IMG/VR virus record: IMGVR_UViG_2778261527_000002 | DNA from: a virus | Taxonomy: Duplodnaviria > Heunggongvirae > Uroviricota > Caudoviricetes | Strand: one strand, 5' to 3' | Length of the DNA: 8,892 bases | Shown: piece after piece, positions 1 to 5,905 of the stretch | Numbering within the stretch: the stretch's first letter is position 1 | Layout of the letters: each line of letters starts with the position of its first letter | The notes under the pieces: generated by a model | The model's input: only the letters and a program-made list of their open reading frames with translations | Databases searched by the model: none | What the model was told of the DNA's origin: nothing | Made by a program: the position numbers and the translations under genes

Positions 1-1
1 G

Positions 2-67
2 TACGCCAGAGTGGGCGCGAGACGTTACGACAACTGGAAGCTAAAACTGGGGCAACAAGATATCTGA
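2..67 (+). CDS. 3' end of an upstream gene running off the left edge (…YARVGARRYDNWKLKLGQQDI*); product unknown
   Basis: Frame is open from the window start to TGA at 65-67, which overlaps the next ATG (TGATG), suggesting translational coupling. Only 21 codons visible. Confidence 0.3.
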   Translation, partial: YARVGARRYDNWKLKLGQQDI

Positions 68-366
68 TGAGCGTTCTTGCCAGAGAGCTGGTTGCCAGTG
101 GCGATGTATACAACTCTGGTTACGGGTTATTCCCGTCTGAACAGGCTCGTAAGGACTGGCAAAATGCCCGCAAAAAACTCTCAAGGGCAAAGCTGAAGAA
201 AAAAACATCTGTGGTTGATCCGGACCTTATCTGGTCGTTACCAGACGGAGAAATACGCCGCTATGACAGGCGTCTGAACATAATCTGTCGCGAGTGCCGG
301 AATAGTGAAGTTATGCAGCGTGTACTGGCTTTCTATCAGGGGAATTTTCAGGAGGCGGCGCAGTGA
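67..366 (+). CDS. hypothetical protein, 99 aa, basic, one CxxC motif (ICRECRN)
   Basis: Complete ORF in the track; its start overlaps the upstream stop and its stop overlaps the next start (GTGA at 363-366). No family recognised. Confidence 0.5.
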   Translation: MSVLARELVASGDVYNSGYGLFPSEQARKDWQNARKKLSRAKLKKKTSVVDPDLIWSLPDGEIRRYDRRLNIICRECRNSEVMQRVLAFYQGNFQEAAQ

Positions 367-563
367 GCAGGATTGACTACCAGGAATTGGCTGCTGCTAA
401 CGCTTTCCTAGCTGATGTACGGGCGGTGGCGTTTAACGACCTTTGCGCGGCGTTTGCCAGGCACGCAAAAGTTGCAGGACTGGATGATGCCGATACCGTA
501 ACGCTTAAGGAAGTGACAGAAGCATTGTTGCATTGTGCGGAACAGATTCGCGCGCCTGAATAA
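363..563 (+). CDS. hypothetical protein, 66 aa, Ala-rich, probable GTG start
   Basis: ORF in the track; GTG start overlaps the stop of the preceding ORF; followed by an AT-rich intergenic region. Confidence 0.4.
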   Translation: MSRIDYQELAAANAFLADVRAVAFNDLCAAFARHAKVAGLDDADTVTLKEVTEALLHCAEQIRAPE

Positions 564-658
564 TTAAATTTAGTGTTGTAAATAAAATTTAATCCTTAAC
601 CGGAGGGATTTCTGCACCCTCAGAACATCAGGAGGCCGCCCGAAAGGGCGGTAATGAA

Positions 659-841
659 ATGCGAAAGTTCAGAATAATTATTGAAACGGGAATAGCTGGT
701 GGAGATTTTGAGGATGTATTCGAAGTGGATGATGGTGCGACACCAGATGAAATACAGGACGAAGCAAAAGAAATTTTCTTTAACTACTGCAATTACTCAT
801 ATCACGAAATAAAAGATGAGGAGGAAGAACAAAATGGCTGA
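659..841 (+). CDS. small highly acidic protein, 60 aa (about 18 Asp/Glu, C-terminal EEEE)
   Basis: ORF in the track; AT-rich region and two hairpins upstream (603-621, 636-651); its last codons overlap the next gene's start (ATGGCTGA at 834-841). Confidence 0.5.
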   Translation: MRKFRIIIETGIAGGDFEDVFEVDDGATPDEIQDEAKEIFFNYCNYSYHEIKDEEEEQNG

Positions 842-1010
842 TTTTGGTTCAACTAAATACAACGTCAGTTTTGAAGAATGGCATGAACTGTTAATGGACT
901 ATGCAGAGTTACGCGGTGGAAGTGCCGCTGATGCTGAAGCATGGCGTGATGACTACGAAGCAGGAAAAACTCCGGTCGAAGCATATTGTGATGAGTGGGG
1001 CGATGAATGA
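834..1010 (+). CDS. small highly acidic, aromatic-rich protein, 58 aa (MADFGSTKYNVSFEEWHELL…)
   Basis: AGGAGG at 819-824 sits 9 nt upstream of ATG 834, so 834 is preferred over the track's 816 start. Stop overlaps the next start (ATGA at 1007-1010). Confidence 0.55.
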   Translation: MADFGSTKYNVSFEEWHELLMDYAELRGGSAADAEAWRDDYEAGKTPVEAYCDEWGDE

Positions 1011-1522
1011 GCGAGATTAATTATCAGGAAGGACATGAAACGGCAGGGCAGGCAAAACCAGTTGCATGGCGATATCGCTACGTGAAAAAAGGCATTACGG
1101 ACTCACAGGGGGAGCCGTGGGTTGGTGACTGGAAATATGTACCGACAAAAGAGGATTGCAACGACAGGCCGAGCTATGAAATTCAGGCGTTATTCACTGC
1201 CCCGCCTGTGCCACTGACATCAGAAGGACTGGTTAAAGCCGTGCGCTTTTATGAACAGGTAAAGCGTGAGAATCCACCAGTCGAAACAGGAGCATGGAAA
1301 GATGCTGTTGATTGGGTACTCAAAGAGGCCTGCAGTGCTGTCATTCTGGGTAAAGCCGACAACCCACCAGCTTCCGGCAATCAGGTTAGCGAATTAACAA
1401 TGTGGGTTAAACGACTGGTCAGCCAACTGAAAAAAGCCAAGCCGGACTGCAAATTACCGGAGAAGGCGATGGACTACCTGAAGCGAAACGGACTGATAAG
1501 CGTGGAGGATGTTTTACGGTGA
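1007..1522 (+). CDS. hypothetical protein, 171 aa
   Basis: Complete ORF, translationally coupled to the upstream acidic ORF by an ATGA overlap; last gene of the five-ORF operon. No family recognised. Confidence 0.6.
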   Translation: MSEINYQEGHETAGQAKPVAWRYRYVKKGITDSQGEPWVGDWKYVPTKEDCNDRPSYEIQALFTAPPVPLTSEGLVKAVRFYEQVKRENPPVETGAWKDAVDWVLKEACSAVILGKADNPPASGNQVSELTMWVKRLVSQLKKAKPDCKLPEKAMDYLKRNGLISVEDVLR

Positions 1523-1661
1523 GATAGTAAATGCATGTAATGAGACGGGGGGTGTGAGGGGAGGCTTCATCTGGATAGATCTTGCACCGTTCATATGTTA
1601 TAAAAACAATTCCTACTGTTAAATCGTTGTTTGTTTTAGTTGCTATATTTAAGGAGTGAAT

Positions 1662-1919
1662 ATGCAGTTAATTGTTGATTACCCAGATCATAACATTTAT
1701 TCATCTTTTGTGGATGCGGATGCTGAACTTCGAGAGTTAAATGGTGGGGCAGTAGTTGTAATAACGGTAAAAATACCTCTTACTAGCACATCGGAACAGT
1801 TGTTTAATAAATACACTTGCGGGGAAAGTCTTCGTATTAAATTGAGGAATGGCGATGAATGGAAAATGTATTTCGTTATGCTTGATGGAGGGCGCTATAT
1901 ATTTTCCTCGCACCTGTGA
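1662..1919 (+). CDS. hypothetical protein, 85 aa, in an AT-rich island
   Basis: Strong SD AAGGAG at 1651-1656 with a 5-nt spacer to ATG 1662 (preferred over GTG 1656 in the track). Local composition is visibly AT-rich compared with flanking DNA. Confidence 0.55.
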   Translation: MQLIVDYPDHNIYSSFVDADAELRELNGGAVVVITVKIPLTSTSEQLFNKYTCGESLRIKLRNGDEWKMYFVMLDGGRYIFSSHL

Positions 1920-1991
1920 TAAAAATGATGAGCCGAGACTGTATTTACGGGACGCTGAGAGAATACCATAGAAAAGCTTATCTAACTTAAG

Positions 1992-1997
1992 TAGAAT
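1992..1997 (+). promoter_or_regulatory. candidate -10 element (TAGAAT) for the hok/mok mRNA
   Basis: Lies about 6-8 nt upstream of the predicted hok mRNA 5' end (GCGGGTGCTTGAGG at 2003), which resembles the recalled R1 hok mRNA 5' end. No convincing -35 found. Confidence 0.3.
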
Positions 1998-2002
1998 TGC
2001 TG

Positions 2003-2016
2003 CGGGTGCTTGAGGC
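2003..2016 (+). promoter_or_regulatory. hok mRNA 5' fold-back (fbi-like) element, complementary to 2378..2392
   Basis: GCGGGTGCTTGAGG pairs with CCTCAACGCACCCGC in the 3' UTR (8 bp + 6 bp with a 1-nt bulge). Adjacent 5' hairpin CTATCTGCC/GGCAGATAG at 2016-2051. Confidence 0.5.
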
Positions 2017-2049
2017 TATCTGCCTCAGGCATGAACACCAAAGGCAGAT

Positions 2050-2123
2050 AGAGAAAAGCCCCAGTTAACATTACGCGTCCTGCAAGACGCTTAACATTAA
2101 TCTGAGGCTCAATCTATGAACGG
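2050..2123 (-). ncRNA. sok: Sok-like antisense RNA (antitoxin) of the hok/sok locus; ends approximate
   Basis: Minus-strand promoter with -35 TTGCCT (complement of 2153-2158), exact 17-nt spacer and -10 TAACCT (complement of 2130-2135), matching the recalled R1 sok promoter layout (TTGCGC-17-TATCCT). Predicted transcript overlaps the mok SD and start and contains a ~15-bp imperfect hairpin (2064-2099) followed by a U-rich tract. Confidence 0.45.
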
Positions 2124-2328
2124 CAAATCTAGGTTAGCCTCTTACGTGCCGAAAGGCAAGGAGAAGCAGGCTATGAAGCAGCAAAAGGCGATGTTAATCG
2201 CCCTGATCGTCATCTGTTTAACCGTCATAGTGACGGCACTGGTAACGAGGAAAGACCTCTGCGAGGTACGAATCCGAACCGGCCAGACGGAGGTCGCTGT
2301 CTTCACAGTCTACGAACCTGAGGAGTAA
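2116..2328 (+). CDS. mok: Mok-like reading frame (modulator of killing), 70 aa, in frame with and N-terminally extending hok
   Basis: ORF in the track starting 19 codons upstream of the hok ATG. An in-frame mok resembles chromosomal mokC-type loci as recalled, whereas R1 mok is out of frame. Confidence 0.45.
   Translation: MNGKSRLASYVPKGKEKQAMKQQKAMLIALIVICLTVIVTALVTRKDLCEVRIRTGQTEVAVFTVYEPEE
2130..2158 (-). promoter_or_regulatory. candidate sok promoter (-35 TTGCCT, 17-nt spacer, -10 TAACCT)
   Basis: Hexamers read directly from the reverse complement; position inside the mok 5' region matches the hok/sok paradigm. Confidence 0.45.
2173..2328 (+). CDS. hok: Hok/Gef-family type I toxin, 51 aa (MKQQKAMLIALIVICLTVIVTALVTRKDLCEVRIRTGQTEVAVFTVYEPEE)
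   Basis: Single transmembrane helix plus the conserved RKDLCEV…EVAVF…YE motif; near-identical to recalled HokD(RelF)/HokC(Gef). SD AAGGAGAAG lies upstream of ATG 2173. Confidence 0.85.
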   Translation: MKQQKAMLIALIVICLTVIVTALVTRKDLCEVRIRTGQTEVAVFTVYEPEE

Positions 2329-2335
2329 GAGACTT

Positions 2336-2357
2336 GGCGAGGGAGAAATCCCTCGCC
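2336..2357 (+). other. perfect 9-bp stem with GAAA tetraloop (GGCGAGGGA-GAAA-TCCCTCGCC) in the hok 3' UTR
   Basis: Exact inverted repeat read from the sequence, 8 nt after the hok stop codon; likely an mRNA-stabilising or folding element. Confidence 0.5.
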
Positions 2358-2377
2358 GCCTCTGATGTGTCAGGCAT

Positions 2378-2392
2378 CCTCAACGCACCCGC
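2378..2392 (+). promoter_or_regulatory. hok mRNA 3' fold-back element, complementary to the 5' end (2003..2016)
   Basis: Long-range complementarity, the hallmark of hok-family mRNAs. Confidence 0.5.
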
Positions 2393-2397
2393 ACTTA

Positions 2398-2417
2398 ACC
2401 CGCTTCGGCGTTTTTTC
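2398..2417 (+). terminator. candidate intrinsic terminator of the hok transcript (short CGC/GCG stem, UUCG loop, T6)
   Basis: ACCCGCTTCGGCG followed by TTTTTT. The stem is only 3 bp, so it is weak on its own; the same motif recurs in stronger form at 3063-3088. Confidence 0.4.
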
Positions 2418-2471
2418 CGTTGATTAACTCTAGTTATTAGAGAACCGAACTTTTATTGATGGGGCAGGGAG

Positions 2472-2864
2472 ATGAAGAAACTTGTTTTAGTCGCAGGTGT
2501 AATGATTGCAACAGTAATGTTGGGAGGGTGTGCAGCAAAGGTCGATCCAGCGTTGAAAGCAGAAGCAATGAAGCCACTAACATGTAATGATGAAAAGCAA
2601 TGTGACTTTTATTGGAAACGAGCGCAATTCTGGTTGGCTAATAATTCCTCATGGAAAATTCAAACGGCGACAGACACGCTAATTTCCACTTATAATCCCT
2701 CTCCAAATAGTCCATTCCTCGCTTATCAAGTGAGTAAAATGCCAAATGAAGATGGATCCTCAAGAATTTTCATCAAGCCTTTTTGCGATAATATGTTTGG
2801 CTGTCAACCAAACCCCTATCAGGCAGTTGTTTCCTTTAAAAACTTCGTTAAAACAGGGCAGTAG
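2472..2864 (+). CDS. predicted lipoprotein, 130 aa, Cys-rich mature domain, function unknown
   Basis: N-terminal MKKLVLVAGVMIATVMLGGC looks like a signal peptide with an L-G-G-C lipobox. GGGAG SD upstream of ATG 2472. Five further Cys in the mature part suggest periplasmic disulfides. Confidence 0.7.
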   Translation: MKKLVLVAGVMIATVMLGGCAAKVDPALKAEAMKPLTCNDEKQCDFYWKRAQFWLANNSSWKIQTATDTLISTYNPSPNSPFLAYQVSKMPNEDGSSRIFIKPFCDNMFGCQPNPYQAVVSFKNFVKTGQ

Positions 2865-3063
2865 TGTATAGCTTGGACGATAAATTATTAGTGAAAACGC
2901 CGTAAACCCTCACCCAATGTGGACTAAGCCTATCAAACATGACTGTGATGATTAGTCCGTAGTTGTTGCCTATGAAATCTGGATTGAGTCAGGGTTTAAT
3001 CCAATAATTATTCTATCGTTCCTTTACAAGTCCGGTATATTACTTTCAGTTTGTTTTAGCATA

Positions 3064-3088
3064 CCCGCTTCGGCGGGTTTTGTTTTTT
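3064..3088 (+). terminator. rho-independent terminator (CCCGC-TTCG-GCGGG stem-loop plus T-rich tract)
   Basis: 5-bp GC stem with UUCG tetraloop followed by TTTTGTTTTTT, at the end of a ~200-bp ORF-free stretch. Confidence 0.65.
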
Positions 3089-3160
3089 CCTGGCATTCTG
3101 GTTTACAATTCGCACGCCAGCCTGAACAACTGGCACCTGCTGCGCCAGCAGAGACAACCG

Positions 3161-3439
3161 ATGGCGCACGATACCAAATTACACAATTCTAATGATTCTG
3201 CCGTCTTTGCCAGCAGGCGCGGACGGCGTTTTCACGTATTCAAATCAGACTGGTTCCAGCATCCTCCATGCACTGAAGAGCAGGCGGAATGGATAATTCA
3301 GTGTTACCGCAGGCGCGGATACGAGGTTAAGAAAGCCCTCAGCCTCGATTATCGTCACTGGATAATCTATGTCAGGCTCCCTTATTCCGAACGCCCACCG
3401 CGCCCATCCCGCACATACCAGCAACGGATCTGGAGGTAA
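3161..3439 (+). CDS. hypothetical protein, about 92 aa ([16 protein letters not shown]…); may be a junction artefact
   Basis: The track ORF (3080..3439) begins inside the terminator T-run, so ATG 3161 is the more plausible start. No clear SD. Its 3' end overlaps the start of the J-derived ORF in another frame. Confidence 0.3.
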   Translation: MAHDTKLHNSNDSAVFASRRGRRFHVFKSDWFQHPPCTEEQAEWIIQCYRRRGYEVKKALSLDYRHWIIYVRLPYSERPPRPSRTYQQRIWR

Positions 3440-5174
3440 CGTGCGGATATTACTTCGACCTGTTCTGGTACCGGAGAAAGAAGCCATCGTGGATAACGGG
3501 GCGCACTTTGACGGTGACCAGAGCGGCACGGTGAATGGTGTCACGCCGCCAGCAGTTCAGCACCTGACCGCAGAAGTCACCGCAGACAGCGGGGAATACC
3601 AGGTGCTGGCGCGCTGGGACACGCCGAAGGTGGTGAAGGGGGTGAGCTTTATGCTTCGCCTGACCGTGGCAGCGGACGACGGCAGTGAGCGGTTGGTCAG
3701 CACGGCCCGGACGACGGAAACCACATATCGCTTCACGCAGCTGGCGCTGGGAAATTACAGGCTGACAGTCCGGGCGGTAAATGCATGGGGACAGCAGGGC
3801 GATCCGGCATCGGTATTGTTCCGGATCGCCGCACCGGCAGCGCCGTCGCGGATTGAGCTGACGCCGGGCTATTTTCAGATAACCGCCACGCCGCATCTTG
3901 CGGTTTATGATCCGACGGTACAGTTTGAGTTCTGGTTCTCGGAAAAGCGGATTGCGGATATCAGGCAGGTTGAAACCACAGCCCGCTATCTTGGTACGGC
4001 GCTGTACTGGATAGCCGCCAGTATCAATATCAAACCGGGCCATGATTATTACTTTTATATCCGCAGTGTGAACACCGTAGGCAAATCGGCATTTGTGGAG
4101 GCCGTCGGTCGGGCGAGCGATGATGCATCCGGCTATCTGGATTTTTTCAAAGGCGAGATAGGGAAAACCCATCTGGCTCAGGAGCTGTGGACGCAGATTG
4201 ATAACGGTCAGCTTGCGCCTGACCTGGCTGAAATCAGGACGTCCATTACGGATGTCAGCAATGAAATCACGCAGACCGTCAATAAGAAACTGGAAGACCA
4301 GAGTGCGGCAATTCAGCAGATACAGAAGGTTCAGGTTGATACAAATAATAACCTGAACAGCATGTGGGCTGTGAAGCTGCAGCAGATGCAGGACGGACGC
4401 CTTTATATCGCGGGTATTGGTGCCGGTATTGAGAACACCCCTGACGGCATGCAGAGTCAGGTGCTGCTGGCGGCGGACAGGATTGCGATGGTTAATCCTG
4501 CGAATGGCAACACAAAACCGATGTTTGTTGGTCAGGGTGATCAGATATTCATGAACGACGTGTTCCTGAAACGCCTGACGGCCCCCACCATTACCAGCGG
4601 TGGAAATCCACCGGCATTTTCCCTGACACCGGACGGGCGACTGACGGCGAAAAATGCGGATATCAGTGGCAGTGTGAATGCGAACGCCGGGACGCTCAAC
4701 AATGTCACGATAAATGAAAACTGTCGGGTTCTGGGAAAACTGTCTGCGAACCAGATTGAAGGCGATCTCGTTAAAACAGTGGGCAAAGCTTTCCCCCGGG
4801 ACTCCCGTGCACCGGAGCGGTGGCCATCAGGGACCATTACCGTCAGGGTTTATGACGATCAGCCGTTTGACCGGCAGATTGTTATTCCCGCGGTGGCGTT
4901 TCGTGGCGCTAAACATGAGCGGGAGAATAACGATATTTATTCGTCATGCCGCCTGATAGTGAAGAAAAACGGTGCTGAAATTTATAACCGTACCGCGCTG
5001 GATAATACGCTGGTTTATACAGGTGTTATTGATATGCCTGCTGGTCGCGGTCACATGACGCTGGAGTTTTCGGTATCAGCGTGGCTGGTAAATGACTGGT
5101 ATCCCACAGCCAGTATCAGTGATTTGCTGGTTGTGGTGATGAAGAAATCCACCGCAGGCATCAGTATCAGCTGA
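3369..5174 (+). pseudogene. J: 5'-truncated tail-tip host-specificity protein J (about the C-terminal half, with the receptor-binding end); J similarity starts near 3465
   Basis: From [16 protein letters not shown] onward the translation tracks the recalled C-terminal half of lambda J (e.g. [32 protein letters not shown]). The first ~33 codons are unrelated, the frame closes at a TAA at 3363-3365, and there is no SD at ATG 3369. Whether the fragment is expressed is unknown. Confidence 0.75.
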
Positions 5175-5193
5175 ATTTTATAACCCATATACG

Positions 5194-5219
5194 GGCGCCA
5201 GAAATGGCGCCTTTTTTAT
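5194..5219 (+). terminator. rho-independent terminator downstream of J (GGCGCCA-GAAA-TGGCGCC plus T6)
   Basis: Perfect 7-bp GC-rich stem, GAAA loop, followed by TTTTTTATT. Confidence 0.75.
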
Positions 5220-5241
5220 TGCAGAAAAGCGAGAGGTAATT

Positions 5242-5841
5242 ATGCGTAAAGTTTGTGCAGCCATTTTGTCCGCAGCCATCTGTCTGGCCGTATCCGGTGC
5301 GCCTGCATGGGCGTCTGAGCATCAGTCCACGCTGAGCGCGGGGTATCTTCATGCCCGGACGAACGTTCCCGGCAGTGATGATCTGAACGGGATTAACGTG
5401 AAATACCGTTATGAGTTTACGGACACACTGGGGATGGTGACGTCGTTCAGCTATGCAGGAGACAAGAATCGCCAGATTACCCGTTACAGCGATACCCGCT
5501 GGCATGAAGATTCCGTTCGTAACCGCTGGTTCAGCGTAATGGCGGGGCCGTCTGTGCGCGTGAATGAATGGTTCAGCGCGTATGCGATGGCGGGTGTGGC
5601 TTACAGCCGTGTGTCGACTTTCTCCGGGGATTATCTCCGCGTAACTGACAACAAGGGGAAAAAGCACGATGTGCTGACCGGAAGTGATGACGGTCGCCAC
5701 AGCAACACGTCTCTGGCGTGGGGAGCTGGCGTGCAGTTTAACCCGACCGAATCCGTGGCCATTGATGTCGCTTATGAAGGCTCCGGCAGTGGTGACTGGC
5801 GCACTGACGGGTTCATCGTGGGTGTTGGTTATAAATTCTGA
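5242..5841 (+). CDS. lom: Lom outer-membrane protein (Ail/Lom/OmpX family beta-barrel), 199 aa
   Basis: Signal peptide [25 protein letters not shown]-terminal aromatic residue (…GVGYKF), and a translation matching recalled lambda Lom. Sits between J and stf as in lambda. Confidence 0.9.
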   Translation: MRKVCAAILSAAICLAVSGAPAWASEHQSTLSAGYLHARTNVPGSDDLNGINVKYRYEFTDTLGMVTSFSYAGDKNRQITRYSDTRWHEDSVRNRWFSVMAGPSVRVNEWFSAYAMAGVAYSRVSTFSGDYLRVTDNKGKKHDVLTGSDDGRHSNTSLAWGAGVQFNPTESVAIDVAYEGSGSGDWRTDGFIVGVGYKF

Positions 5842-5867
5842 TTAGCCAGGTAACACAGTGTTATGAC

Positions 5868-5895
5868 AGCCCGCCGGTTCAGGCGGGCTTTTTTG
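5868..5895 (+). terminator. rho-independent terminator downstream of lom (AGCCCGCC-GGTTCA-GGCGGGCT plus T6)
   Basis: Perfect 8-bp stem followed by TTTTTTG. Confidence 0.75.
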
Positions 5896-5905
5896 TGGGG
5901 TGAAT

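Noticed and set aside
816-833. Upstream ATG (816) as the start of the second acidic ORF
   Set aside because: ATG 816 lies inside the SD-like AGGAGG (819-824) that serves ATG 834; 834 has proper spacing.
1582-1650. Sigma-70 promoter for the 85-aa ORF (TTGCAC at 1582, TATAAA at 1599, extended -10 TGcTATATT at 1641-1649)
   Set aside because: Spacing between the candidate -35 and -10 hexamers is wrong (11 nt), and the extended -10 would start transcription inside the SD; the AT-rich region probably does contain a promoter but I cannot place it reliably.
1656-1661. GTG 1656 as start of the 85-aa ORF
   Set aside because: It overlaps the AAGGAG SD itself; ATG 1662 is correctly spaced.
2865-3060. 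Tiny ORFs in the intergenic segment (e.g. MKSGLSQGLIQ, 11 codons) as a possible second type I toxin
   Set aside because: No hydrophobic transmembrane stretch and no SD; not similar to Hok, Ldr, Ibs or Sho-type peptides.
3091-3108. Possible sigma-54 promoter (TGGCA…TTTACA)
   Set aside because: The GG and GC dinucleotides are not at the required 10-nt spacing (position 3102-3103 is TT, not GC).
3080-3160. 5' extension of ORF 3080..3439 (MFFPGILVYNSHASLNNWHLLRQQRQP)
   Set aside because: It begins within the T-run of the terminator at 3064-3088 and reads as translated non-coding sequence; if the ORF is real it more likely starts at ATG 3161.
3245-5700. Minus-strand ORFs 3245..3544, 3450..4172, 4541..4837 and 5167..5700, and plus-strand ORF 4714..4956
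   Set aside because: Antisense or out-of-frame overlaps of the J fragment and lom, which have clear family signatures; the translations are Arg/Cys/Pro-rich with no start signals.
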